From the NCBI GenBank assembly GCA_951406725.2, contig OX597820.1:82708001-82772000 (forward strand): a stretch of 64,000 nt of DNA. The letters run 5' to 3'. The notes under the pieces were generated by a model. That model was not told the DNA's origin, did not search any database, and was given only the letters and a program-made list of their open reading frames with translations. Source of the stretch: Octopus vulgaris. Its lineage: Eukaryota. Below are positions 28,600 through 42,299 of this stretch, in pieces (within the stretch, counting starts at the first letter, position 1; each line of letters opens with the position of its first letter). Position numbers and translations under genes: made by a program.

Positions 28600-28959
28600 A
28601 TAAACGATGAGATACCCAGATCCTGTTACGAAGCATATGATAATATTTCAGTAAAGGAATTTAAGAAAAAACAAAACAAAAAAAGGTGGTGGGCAACTGT
28701 AATTTTGTAATTTCAAGGATAATTACTATATTTCATACACATAATTTGAAATATTAATATTTGGAGGATATAAAGTTAAGATGATTCTGCTGGATAGAAG
28801 GAAATTTAAGAAGATTGTTCTAGGAAGTGGCAATAATTTGGCAAATGTGTTATCAATAGACACCAACATATCTGGGTGATTAAGAAGTTATTTTTGCCAC
28901 CAGATGATTTGGTTTTCGGTACCAATGCACAGGACCTATGGAAGTACTATGGAAACCTG

Positions 28960-28990
<31 letters not shown>

Positions 28991-30190
28991 CATACATACA
29001 TACATACACACATACATACATACATGCATGCATGTATACATACATCGTTGTGACCAATGACTGTAGCGAGTTGATGCCTTTGACGAGAATGGCTTTTATT
29101 TTGAGATGATCAAAGATGTTTGAGTGAATAGTTTGTGTACCATTCCAGGTATGTGAACAATATAATAAAGGATGTGATTCGTAGTTGATATTGGTAGAAG
29201 CCGAGTGACGCACTAGACCTTAAATAGTTATTATAACTTAAATGGAAGCGTAACTTTTCAAAAGTAACTTTATGTGATATTAATATGATAGAACTTTTGG
29301 TCGTTTGTTTTGGGCACCATAAATTATTCTGTATTTTAGGGATTTAGCTGTGTCCTATTTATGAATAGGTAGGGTGTTGTAAAACGTTGTCTCTGTTACA
29401 TAGTAATAATTGTTCTGCTAACAGTGTTGGGCATCGCATCCAATACATAGATTTCTAGTGTAAGGTGTCAAGTTAATCGTGCAGAACATTGTCTTGGAAA
29501 AGATCAAAGGAAATTTGTTTCTGTTTAAAGGTAAGGTAAAACATATTATAATACATATTTTACACTATAGTTCATAGAAATTCAATCCAAAATTTTGTGT
29601 ACAATAGTGGCAATGTGGTTCTTATGCGAAAAACATGTTAACAATTTCGATTCCCTCGAAGGTCTTTGGGTCGAAAAAACAGTAGTAAATAACGTGGAAT
29701 AATACAATTCTGCTAGATGTGAATCTACAGATACTGTCATTGAGGGATGGACAAAAAACAAAGAATTTAGAGGTTTGGTGTTATCAATACAGCATATGAG
29801 TAGAGAATGAGGCCGACTAGGAGATACAGATGAGAATAGCACTGAACTCGACCCCTGCGTGAAGGATATAAACATACAAGGAATATGAGAGATAGGTAAG
29901 ATGAGATTCAATATAAATTAAAAAGGACGAGTCAAGGCTTACGTGACAAAGAAATTCGTTTTCCTGTAAAAGCTGATAATAACTTTTGAAAGACATGAAA
30001 ATTGATGTTCAGCTTGGCCATACAGAAATGATTCAAAGCACAGAGTGAGGGTTTTAGGTATTAACCAAAAATAAGACAAAACAGATTGCGTGTTTGGAAG
30101 TATTTAAAAATAATGATGCAAAAGGCGGATTATTTGGAGTAGATTGTTACTTATTGATTTTGACAGGATTTGATATGGTTGTTAATAAAC
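28600..30190 (+). mobile_element. Highly decayed LINE remnant (RTE-like)
   Basis: PDDLVF near 28900 (YADD-like) and weak C-terminal similarity. Confidence 0.35.
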
Positions 30191-30843
30191 ATAAAGTTTT
30201 GAAGAAGAAGAATAAAGGCATCATTAATACTTCTGCTAATCATTAAGTAAACAATAATTATTAGTCCACTTCAAGAACATTAAAACCTGGAAGTTGGATA
30301 GCTTATAGTTATTGGTTGAGAGGGGCAAAAGTTTCGCAAATTGAATGCAAAGCAAACGTTTTAACGGCACAGCATGTCTGCACTTTAAACTAAAGATTTT
30401 GCATACAGTACCAAAGTTTCTCAAAGGTCACCGTGTAACTAATTAAATAGGCTCGACCTTACGTAATATCACTGATCAAAAGAGAACTTTTGTTTTCAAT
30501 GTGATATGGCCGCAAATCTTTCTCTGTCTCTGTCTCTATCAGTCAGCCTGCTTGTCTGTCTCCCTCACCCTCTCTCTATGTATATAATTTTCCTTATGTT
30601 GCCCCATATCCGTATGTCTTGCGGCTCTACGTTATTTGTTGTATATGTATATTTTATTTTATCCTGTTTGTTTTCATCATTGTCTTGTACGTTCATTAGT
30701 TATTCCCAGTGGATTTTCTCGACTGGCGCCACAAGAGGTGAACAATATCAATGTTAAAGGCATGATATTGTAATGATCTCTTAGTCGTTGAGTGATGAGG
30801 AATTAATTACTCACTTTTTGTTTGTCATGCTTCTGTTGTTGTG

Positions 30844-30938
<95 letters not shown>

Positions 30939-31208
30939 GTGTGCGTGTGCATGTGAGTGCCTCGTGTATATGTAATCAACAGGGTTACCCCTACTGAATT
31001 ACAGTTTCGTTTGAAGGTCTGACAGTCGACTCTGCACGTCAGCAGGTTATCAAGTGCCGGACTTTCTAAACGAAACCTCAATTCGGTTTTCTCAACTAAA
31101 TCAAGCTCCTAAATCCAGTAATAAGTTGCATTCACCAGATTTATATTTTCAAACAATAATGTGAAACTATGTAAGTATGTATGGCTGTATGCGTTTATGT
31201 ATGTGAAA

Positions 31209-31284
<76 letters not shown>

Positions 31285-32119
31285 GTCTACATATATGCAT
31301 ACATGTGTGTGCGTGTGTTTGCATTTGAATCGAGTATTTACATACATCTACTTGTGCATACATATGTGCATGCATTGTTGTTCTGCCTTGTAAAGAGAAA
31401 CTGATCAAAGGGAATCTGAGAAGTTAAGATAACTTAATGAACAAAAGGCGTTGTTTAAATCTCAAATCCTACACAATTCCCCGTTCATTTTCTTGAAATA
31501 GATACGTTTAAGCTATAAATACATTCATCTACCGTTCAAATGTCACAACAGGTCACTTATTCCATAGTCTATCATTCCTGTTTCACATTATTACGTTCAG
31601 ATTTTTCCTTCAATTTTCTCTATATTTTTCTATCGAGAAAATCTCTTTTCTCTTTTAGCTATTTTGATAAACTCTTTGAAATCTTGACAGCTTACATTTT
31701 ATTAAAAACTTTTTCACACTCAATGTTTTAAAATATTTTATTTTTTACAGATTAGTCACCTTCACCAGTTCCAATACTCCAATACTAGATGAACAATAAG
31801 TGTTGTTCTGTAATAACAGCTTAATCAAAGCAGTTAGGTAAGTATTATTGATACATAGTTTGTAGGTAAACGGTATTGATATATAGCAGAGAGCAGCTAC
31901 TATTTCCCTATATCTCATCTAAGATTAGAATATTTTCTATAAAGAGTTGGAATAAACGTTAGAATAAATCGTTGACCTCTTTGAACTCGAGCACTGAAAA
32001 CGTATATTCTTCACAAGGCTCAGACTACCAAATTTCATGTTGTTATCATACTAAATTCTATCTCTCAATTTATCGTTGTATCTCTCTTTCTTTCTGTCTC
32101 AAACTCACTCAGTCCCTGT

Positions 32120-32236
<117 letters not shown>

Positions 32237-32379
32237 CTAACAGTATTGTAGGAATTCAATACTTATATGCGTATATACAATATTTGTGAGTACACATAAA
32301 GGAATGTAAAAGCAAAGAAAGGATATCTAATCCTCGTGGTGTTTACTACATTTGATCTTTTTGTTCCTATCTATTTATT

Positions 32380-34170
32380 AGTTAGACAGTGAGAGAAGGG
32401 AAATTCTTACGACCTTTACAGTTCGTCCATACCGGTGAAATCAATATATTTGATGTTCAGTTAAATCCTTTGGTGGACAACTTCAAAAAGTAGTGTTGGT
32501 GGTAGAAACATTTCCGAGAGTAACAATTATGGGAAGAAATATTTGGACAATACATTTTGTGTGGAGCTTGAGAATAAGGACGCCGTATGAGTCATTCGAG
32601 AAACAGACCGTTGTATTGGACGGACCTAAATTAGGGGCCCACGTCCACATTAACACTTACGGAAAATCCTGTCTGAGTAGGTTTGTAAGGATTTTGTACC
32701 CCCTCTTCTCTCCACTAGCCCCCACATGGTCTAGCCATGGCTCTAAGACGGCATTTCAACCGCTCACTAACGCCAAAAATCGAGACGTTTCCAGGAAGCC
32801 TCTGCAGTTCCACTCCCCATCCTGGTTGACATGGAGGTAAATAAATCTTGTATCCACTGAAAATGGATAGGAAATCCCGTCGGTCGGAGCGTCTGGTTTT
32901 ACTGATAGCCACAGAATCCACAATTAGTAACCTGAGGTTCTTGGGTACATGACTTTGTTTCCAAGGCGACCCCAGGCTAACTGCATTTATACTGCTCACT
33001 CTGAGCAATGCTATGTTAGATTAAGGAATAGGAGCGGAAAAGGTATTTACAGTGATTTTGTTGAAAGGTGAGGATAGATGTTCCGTACCCATGGTTATAT
33101 GCGGATATTTTCATGAGCAGTTCCTTATATAGTCTTTTGTTGATATTTCTTCTGAAAGCTCCAACTCCTTCAGGATATTCAGTTTTTATGGCATTGTATA
33201 TGTTTCTTGATGTTTGGATGAATTTTATGTGTGCTGGTGTACTAAAATCGGTGTGTATGATGTCTGTAAGGTTATGTATGTTCCAGCAGTTCTTTATTGT
33301 TCTTATTTATTGCTGTGCAGTTATAGATGTTTAAATTTTGTTGGTGTTGGGATGTGAGATCTCAGAGTTGTGTGTGTATATTATTTTTTTCATAGGTCTG
33401 TTCTCTATTTGATCATACCTGCCAATTTTTGTGTTGATGTCGGTGTGATTTTGTTTCCTTTTCTTTTGCTAGACCTACTGACTTCTTGCCATTTAGGCTC
33501 TACGTCGTCCTCCTTACCAAAGGACATGTTCTACTGGTCCGAACACGGGAGATGCATCTACTGTTACTGTTGTTTTTGCAGTTGTAGCCGTCATCTGCCG
33601 CTGTCGCTGCTGTTCTTGTTGTGGTGGCGTCGGCAAAAGTCGGAACTCCCTTCTCTCTGTTGCTGAGGACAAAAAGCCTTCAGATGATTTATGTTACTAC
33701 TCAGGTGACAACTCTGTTTTCTGTCATCAATGGGTTCATGGAGGTTGGTGCCATCTGGAAAATTTATGGTGTCCAGGATTGCTTCTAGATTTACGTGAAT
33801 TATCTGAACTTCATGACTCGCCGAATTTTGTTTTTGCAGTTTTCGCACCTGCAGGATATTTGTTTTGTCCTCTATGTGCGAGAAGACAGTCCGCTAACCG
33901 GCAGATGTTTATTTCTGGTGGTATATCTGCAATTTTTATTTTCTCCACTCTACGACCAAGATACAAGGAACAGGGTTTTCATTTTCTAGAAGCAAAAGTG
34001 GAGTCCTTCCTTACCTTCTTCTCTGGCAAATCTCATCCCTACTGTGCCACATCGCTACACTTAACAACGTACGTTTTCTTGCCGCCTGTTCTAATTTACA
34101 AGTTTTTACTCCTATCATTTTGTATGTTATTGTTTATCTCAGTGTGTCCTATACAACGACGTCAGGAGTG
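32380..34170 (-). mobile_element. Decayed Penelope-like RT region
   Basis: Minus-strand fragments SHIP (~33350), ITMGT (~33090) and PYKPTQT (~32680) occur in PLE RT order. Confidence 0.5.
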
Positions 34171-34561
34171 TTAACAGCAAGCTTTCTTCAATAATTTTAA
34201 TATGCCTCTTGCTTTTCTAAATCGTCCATTGACAGCTTTATAATTTTTGCGCCTGACGCACCGCAGCTGAGAAATCACTTGATTTGTGTTTTTTTTGTGT
34301 CGTTTTCAAGACTGTGTTGTGGTAGTGGTGGCGGTGATTGTTGAATTAGCGCGTGTTATGCATGAACATTTTTTTCCTGTTTTTCTTGTGTATTTTTGTT
34401 GTTGCTTTGGTTGGCTTTTGTGATGGTGGCGGTGCTGGTGCTGTTGATTTCATGTTTTTTCCTGTATATTTTTGTTGGTGTTGGTGTTGGTGTTGGTGAT
34501 ATTGTCACTACTACACTGTTGGTTATGCTGCTAGTATCTCTTTCTGTGGTTGTTAGATTAT

Positions 34562-35167
34562 CATGGCTCAGTGGTTCGAGCGTCGGGCTCACAATTATGA
34601 AGTAGTGAGTTCGATTCCCTGAGCGACTGTGTGTTGTTTCGCATTACTCCAAATCACACAGAAATGAGCTGCAACGTCACTGCTGCCAAGATGTATAGGC
34701 CTTTGTCTTTCTCCTAGATAACATCGGTGGGGTGGAGAGGGGGCTGGTATGCATGGGCGACTGCTGGTCTTCCATAAACAACCTTGTCCAGACTTGTGCC
34801 TCGGAGAGAAACTTTCTAGGTGCAATATCATGGTCATTCACTCCTGTTCTTCAGTCCTGCTCCAGAGCGTCGGCTGCGGGGTCACTCCGAAAAGCTCTAT
34901 CTGCGACAATTTCATCTCAATTGAAGGAGAGGGGCTTTCTCCGTCCGGGTTGCGGATCCGTGGAATAAGCTGCCGGACGAGATAGTGAAGATGCCGTCGA
35001 CCGTTCGGTTCAAAGTCTCTCTTGACCAGAAATGGCCTGAACTCTTTGCATAAACACTCTCCCTGTACATAACTCCATGTCCCCCTACATGGCCTTGCTT
35101 TTTGCTTTTTGAGCCAAAAAATTAACTTAACTTATCTTAACATTCATGACCGAATGGAATCTTTACC
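34562..35167 (+). mobile_element. tRNA-derived SINE (family D) split by a CR1 insertion
   Basis: A-box TGGCTCAGTGG and B-box GAGTTCGATTCC; tail resumes CATTCATGACCG at 35141. Confidence 0.75.
34841..35140 (+). mobile_element. 5'-truncated CR1-type LINE
   Basis: LRGHSEKLYLRQFHLN*RRGAFSVRVADPWNKLPDEIV..FKVSLD; (ACTTA)n-like tail; CATTCA duplicated at 34835-34840 and 35141-35146. Confidence 0.85.
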
Positions 35168-35494
35168 AATTAGATCAGCCGGGGAATTTTGACTGTGAAA
35201 GCCAATTTTGTCTTCAAAACTATCTCCCACCAGCTTCTCTTCTCCTTTTAGTGAAGAAGCTTCAGCCATACTGAAGTTTCTAAACAATATTTTGAAGAGA
35301 AAGGCTTTCTATTCGAAATTTTGCACCTTAAGGCAGATAAATTTTTTTGCTCGAACACTTATGGTCTACTCAAAATACGACTCACAATACACAAAAGAAT
35401 AAAACAAAATTAGACTCATAACAATGAAAACAAGTCAATAACTCACGGAGCACTTGTGACATGTTTAATCCTGGCCACAAACAATAATAATAAT

Positions 35495-36656
35495 CATTTC
35501 TACAGATACATAAGGCATGAAAATTTGTGGGAGGGGACTTGTCGACTACATTGACCCCAGTGCTTCACTGGTATTTAAATTATCGACCCTGAAATAAGTG
35601 AATGGCAACGTCGACCTCGGCGGAATTTGAACTCAGAACGTAAAGACGGACGAAATACCACCAAGCATTTCGCGCAAGTGCTAACGATTCTACCAGCTCA
35701 CCGCCTTAAACAGTAATGATGATAATCTTTTCCACTATAGGCACAAGGCCTGAAATTTTTTTTTGGGGGGGACTAGTCGATTACATCGACCCCAATGTTT
35801 CACTGATGCTTAATTTATTCTCTCCGAAATGATGAAAGATAAAGTCGACCTAAGCAGAATTTGAACTCAGACCTTAAAGACGGACGAGATAACCCAAGCA
35901 TTTCGCCCAAGTGCTAACAATAATAATAATCATTTCTACTATAGGCCTGGATTTTGTGGAGAGGGAGACTGTCAATCACACCAACCCAAGTACTTAACTG
36001 GTACTTAATTTATCGACCCCCGAGAAGATGAAAGGCAAATTCGACCTCGGAGGAATTTAAACTCAACAGCAATAATAATGATTTCAAATTTTGGCACAAA
36101 GCCAGTAATTTTGGGGAGGGAATAAGTCAATTTTATCGACTCCTGTATTTGTCTGGTACTCAATTTATGAACCCTGAAAAGATGAAAATCGACCTCGGTG
36201 GAATTTGAACTCAGCAAGAATGATAATAATGTGTGTCACTTTGAAAATTATATATATATTTTCGAACAGTTTTTCTGTACTGAGGAAGGGAAATAACCTA
36301 GATACCGCGGTTCACAGATATTGATTTGTGCTGAGTGGGGATGCTAAACTCCCCTGTTCGAAAATATAAGGACACAGATAGTGTGTCGTATAGTCAGCTG
36401 GAGACGATATTTCCTGGGGCCAAATAACAGTAACATTCGTCTTTACTTTAGAGTACTGTTACTGAATGTCTCTCGTTGAGAAATTTATAAATTATAATGT
36501 TTCTAATAATAATACTTTCTGCTAAAGGCACAAGGCCAGAAATTTGGGGACGGGAACTAGTCGATTACATTACATCGTCCCCAGTGTTTAACTAGTACTT
36601 ATTTAACGGCCCCGAATGGATGAAAGGCAAAATCAACCTCGGCAGAATTTGAACTC

Positions 36657-36660
<4 letters not shown>
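35495..36660 (-). mobile_element. Cluster of five same-orientation SINE family A copies separated by (AAT)n
   Basis: Core GTCGACCTCGGCGGAATTTGAACTC near 35610, 35844, 36042, 36190 and 36633. Confidence 0.88.
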
Positions 36661-36691
<31 letters not shown>

Positions 36692-38093
36692 TAATAATAA
36701 TAACAATAATAATAACAATAATAATAATAAAATACCAACAAAACTGCTGTGACAGTTCTAGAAGTGACATTACGTTAAGTAATAAAATTGTTAGCCACAC
36801 CGACCTTGGTATTATATTAATTCCTCGAAGGAATTAACTCACCTCTGCTTTTCAACTCAATAACAATGTTGGCCCGGTACCAAGGAGTCTTGTCACCAAT
36901 AGAGAGCGTCAGTCAAATTAACGGGTGAGCTGTAGACTGATTAATTAAAGTTATTGATTAACGGCTAACTAGGTGATGAGAATTAATTTTTCCAGCTAGT
37001 TGAATTTAGTGCCTAAACTGTTTAGCCAAGACTCTATCTGCCAAACTGTTACCATAGCAATTATGAATTACCAATCATGTTTTCATTATGTCCTGATTCA
37101 CACCACGTGTTCTGTCAATTAAACCTTTGACTCTTCCTTCATCTTGCAATTAAATTTCTATTATTTAGTATCGCTATTTTACTCTAGCTTCTTATTTTTG
37201 TTTTCAAACTTTTCCTTTTCTTATTCGGTTTTATTTAGTAATTTGTACAATTACTTTTTTTTGTTAAATCACTCAAATATTTTTCTCTCTTATAGTTACA
37301 GATACTATTTCAGATGATACAGAATGATTGTCTTTTTTTCTTTGTTCTTGCTGATCTTATTGTTGTTAGTGTTGCTCTTACTTGCGTGTGTTTTGTTTCC
37401 TTTTATAATTTCTATTTCTGTTTTATTAAATCACTAGAATCCTTAGTCAATTTGTTCATTAGTCGGGCTTAACCTCTGCTCACTCTTGTTTGTGACCATC
37501 TAAAAAAATACACAATGCAATTATCACGCCACCAGGAAAGTTGATAAAACATAACTGTTTCATTACACATTCCACTAAAAACGAAATATTGGAATTTAAT
37601 CAAGTATGAAACGTTCCAAAATTAGATACATTCGCCATTTTTCTTCTGCCACATTTTGTCTTCTTTTGTTTTCCGTTTCTTACTCGCTCTTTTCACTCTC
37701 CCTAGTAACACACTCACATACACTCCAGCTCTCTAATTCTCTCTCAAACCCGTTCTCTCTTTCTTTGTCTCTGTCTTTTTGTTTCCATGTGCAACATAAT
37801 ATTTCACATTTAATATCATGTACTTGCACGAATTTTCAGCTTGAATGTCTGATACCTGTAGGTCACAATTCATCGTACTGTTGGTTCCAATTATTTGTTA
37901 TGCCTTACTAATTCATCGCCCGTTTCTGCAGAAACGTTCTGTAAAGTAACGTAAAAATAATTAACATGTAGCGTGTTCGGTATCCCGTTTCATTTCCTGC
38001 TGAGATACCAACCCGTTTCACTTGTGACATGAGCAGGCTGATAAAAAATAGAATGTTACAACGTCTTAGGAGCCCCGTGTTATAATATTCTAA

Positions 38094-38315
38094 TGCGGTA
38101 AGTTGGCAGAAACATTAGCAGGCTCGGCGAAATGCTTAGCGGTATTTCATCTGCCGCTACGTTCTGAGTTCAAATTCCGCCGAGGTCGACTTTGCTTTTC
38201 ATCCTTTCGGGGTCGATTAAATAAGTACCAGTTACGCACTGGGGTCGATATAATCGACTTAATCCGTTTGTCTGCCTTTGTCTGTCCCCTCTGTATATAG
38301 CCCCTTGTGGATAGA
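38094..38315 (+). mobile_element. SINE family A, near full length
   Basis: Head, B-box-like GAGTTCAAATTCC, core and tail AGCCCCTTGTGG. Confidence 0.92.
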
Positions 38316-38929
38316 AAAGAACCAAGAAAGAAACAAACGTGCACGCATGCACACACACACACACACACACACACATACTCCATCTCTCTCTCTGTCATAC
38401 ATATATTAAAATCACAGTAAGCAACGATGATTAATCTGTTTAAATGTACACTAATGTCCCAAATATAAATAAGAACAGCCTTGTCTTAAACGTCACTGCT
38501 AAATGTGCCTTGAGTTAATTTTATCTTGACAAAGATTTTACGACAGGAAAATTTTTATTTACATTCACGATTGCAAGAAGATTGTGGTTACAATTCGCGG
38601 AACAGAGGCTGCATTTTGCTCTTGAGCAAAATATTTAATATCACGTTGCAACATGTCTACTCAACTGTAAATGCATATATACATACGTATATATACATAC
38701 AGATGAAGACCGAACCCCTTGATCACAAACAACCTAGTTTTATTTTAAAAGATCACAAACGATTTATTTCAATAATCCATCCTTACGACATATTTGTCCT
38801 TCTAGCTCTGATATCGGTGTACTTAGCAAAAATATTCTAGATAAATATATTCCTAACTTAGTTAAAAACATTAAAGCTTAATTCATGGTCTAATTCGTTC
38901 CAAGTGGTCGACTGGTTCAGTTCTATTAA

Positions 38930-40860
38930 TAATAAGAAGTACACTAAGTTTATCCACTCTGACATTTCTAGTTTTTAATCCTCTATCAACCACTGTACTT
39001 AACAAAGCACTCTGGCTCGCACACAACAAAGCAGGTCTCACCAGGGGTGAAATGAATGTCGTGTCAGCCGCCAGAAAATCTATTGTTGAATTTGATAACA
39101 AGCTGTAGGTCCGTAAAGACACGCACGGCAGTTTTGATGTTACGATGCGAAGTTCTGATTCAGCACATATCTCTGATTTGGTCGGTATATATATACTTTA
39201 TGAGATTGCTGTCCAATTCCCAAATATCAATGGAGGCCTATATCGTGATAATTGTCTACTTTACCTTCAAAATGCTTGTAACCAAAAATTACAAACGGTT
39301 AAAAATAGGTTCCTCAAATTTTTCCGAAACATGGGCTTAAGCAGTATTTTTAACGATGATATAACTAAAGCCAACTTTTTGGATATTAGCCTTAACTTAC
39401 ATAATGATTCATGTTTCCCATACCATAAACTCTCAACTAATTTAAGATTTATTAGCTCTTTCTAAGGCTATTACAACAAATTTAGTTAGGAATATTTCTA
39501 TTAGAATCTCTAGATTATCTGCTAATGTTCATATCTTCAACGATAAAGCTGAACTTTATAAATCTGCCTTACTTAAAGCAGGTTATAAAGAAAACATTAC
39601 CAATATTTAGCCTATTGACATTAATTTTACCTCTATTAATCATAGCATGAAATCAAGTCATAACGATAATAACAATATAAATTTTAGTTCGAATAACACT
39701 AAAACGAGTATTGTAATTCTACAGCATAAGGGAAATAACCGTTCTTTAAGAGCATTTTTTCGTTATAAAGTACATCTAGGACTTTTAAAGATAAATACCC
39801 TAATAACATGGTATGTCCTAGCAAACCTCTTTGGTTGATAATAACATATGGTAAGCAGATCAAATCCAATCTCCCTTATCAGTTTCGTAACGCTATAAAT
39901 ATGAATTTTCCCCAAAATTCAAGATACTATTCAATTATTAATTCACACCGAATCAGGATAGGGTTTTCAAACACCAAAAACCTTTCACAAATCATCTCTT
40001 CGCATAACAATAAGTTGTTAAATACAAATCCACTTAATGAAAATAGTAACATTGATATTATCAACACTAACCATTCTTTGAATAATAAAAGCAACAATAT
40101 TAGTATTTCTGATATAAAATCCAATCGCATTCGTTTTCTTAGCAGTAATTCTAAGACTACAAGCTATATATATATCAATGTAAAATTACTTCCGGTTCTG
40201 ACGTATTTCTATATATAAGTATTTCTTCATTTTAGTTGTCCCAAAGAATATCTAATCATTACTCAACATATAGACATATCAATAAACGTAACAAACATGG
40301 GCATAGTAAATTTGGTCTCTAATTTAGAATGGAATATTCTATTTAGATCCTTTCTTTATGATAAAGGTAAATCATTTTGTTCGTTCTATAACGATGAACT
40401 GTATTCCATCCTGTTCTCAGAGAATCTTCTTGTAAATACGTTTATTGTTGCATATATTGGCAAAATCATACATTTAGTTCCTATAAGTCTATTCCACTTT
40501 TAACTGTCTTCTTACATTTCACTTCCACTAAATATATCTATTTCCACACCTTTAATCTTTATTCCTCTTCACCTATCGCAATATATTTCTCCACTTTTAG
40601 TTTTTTGTTAATTTCTTTTTTCCTCCCCCTTCTCTTTCTAGAAATTGCATTTGACGTTATATCTATTAACGTATTTTTTAAAAAATAACGTACCAGTGTT
40701 CCCTTCTTCATATATGCAGTAACCACATTCGGTTAAAATGTCTTATTGATGCGTTTTGTTTCTCTTTTTTCCCTGATGAGAATATTGCATTATTTTACAC
40801 CATTTTATTCCTTCTGGAATTATATCAATGTTTTCTTCGAAAGGTATATCGGAAGTATAA
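38930..40860 (+). mobile_element. Penelope-like element (RT pseudogene plus 3' region with hammerhead remnant at 40769-40854)
   Basis: ARKSIVEF..FDVTMRSSDSAHISDLVGIYIL..GGLYRDN..ANFLDISLNL..PYHK; IRIGFSNTKNLSQIISSHN. Confidence 0.88.
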
Positions 40861-40900
40861 AGATTTGAGTAACACCTGCGTTTAACTCCATTTATATATT

Positions 40901-40953
<53 letters not shown>

Positions 40954-40959
40954 TTGTGT

Positions 40960-41494
40960 GTGTGTGTGTGTGTGTGTGTGTATAATTCCAGTTATTTATT
41001 TATATATGTACATAGATATACACGCATTCAGATACATATATATGCATACACACATGCATATAAGGACATACATGTATACACAAACTCAACTATACGTGTA
41101 CACATGTGCAGATACACATATATACATATGCACAGATATATATAAATATGCGTATAGATACGTACGTAGTCCTAGATACACACACGCAAACCTGGACATA
41201 TATATATTTGTATAAATATATATGTGTGTATGATACGAGTGTGTATGGTTGTGTCCAGGTTTGCGTGTGTGTATCTAGGGCTACGTACGTATCTATACGT
41301 ATATTTATATATATCTGTGCATGTGTATATATGTGTATCTGCACATGTGTACACGTATAGTTGAGTTTGTGTATACATGTATGTCCTTATATGCATGTAG
41401 GTGTGTATGCATATATATGTATGTATCTGTATGCGTGTATATCTATGTACATATATAAATAAATAACTGGAATTATACACACACACACACACAC
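40960..41494. repeat. Long inverted repeat (~240-bp arms, ~52-bp spacer) of low-complexity sequence
   Basis: 40960-41198 is the near-perfect reverse complement of 41251-41494. Confidence 0.9.
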
Positions 41495-41739
41495 ATATAT
41501 ATATACATAAATATATATATTAATACATTTATACATATACTCATGCACATACATATATAGATGCATATATCTATATACATATACACATCTAAATTGAAAA
41601 ATTAGTGTGTAGGTACTGTTCTTTTTAAATCAGGTGAATTATTCCGAGCTGTGGGCATTAGGTTTACATTAGTTAGGTATGGTTAAGATTGTAATATGTA
41701 AATGTGTGTTTAGCTGCATATAGGCATCTGGGTAATTGT

Positions 41740-42079
41740 TCTGAGAACAATATGTAGAGTGACTCTTCGGAAGATGGCTGGCATTTCCAGGATAATGTGT
41801 TGTAGCGACTCGCGTATCTAATTAGAGACCAGGTCAAATTATATTTGCCTTTTCTTTCTTGAGACTCCAGATAAAATCAGCCAGCGGTGTTTCATGGCAT
41901 TTGAGGATTTTTCGAAAGCTGCAAATGCGGTTACGATATGTATGTATATATCACCGTTACCGAACAGGCTATCAGATGTTGCTACACATTGCTGGTCTCA
42001 ATGCACCTGGTCTGGGAATCGAAACCGCGATCCCACGACCGCGAGTCCTCTGCCCTAACAATTGGGCCATTGCGCCTCC
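41740..42079 (-). mobile_element. SINE with tRNA-Arg-like head (family E)
   Basis: Minus GGAGGCGCAATGGCCCAATTGTTAGGGCAGAGGACTCGCGGTCGTGGGATCGCGGTTTCGATTCCCAGACC. Confidence 0.7.
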
Positions 42080-42109
42080 ACATGTATGTATATATATGTA
42101 TGCATATAT

Positions 42110-42129
42110 ATGTCTGTCTACCTACCTAC

Positions 42130-42166
<37 letters not shown>

Positions 42167-42167
42167 A

Positions 42168-42261
<94 letters not shown>

Positions 42262-42262
42262 T
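42110..42262. repeat. (TATC)n microsatellite
   Basis: Direct reading; another tract at 31209-31284. Confidence 0.95.
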
Positions 42263-42299
42263 ACAGTTATGACGTTTTCGCATCCTAACAACCCTATAC

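Noticed and set aside
42005-42079. Genuine tRNA-Arg gene
   Set aside because: The acceptor stem does not close and the sequence continues into a SINE body.
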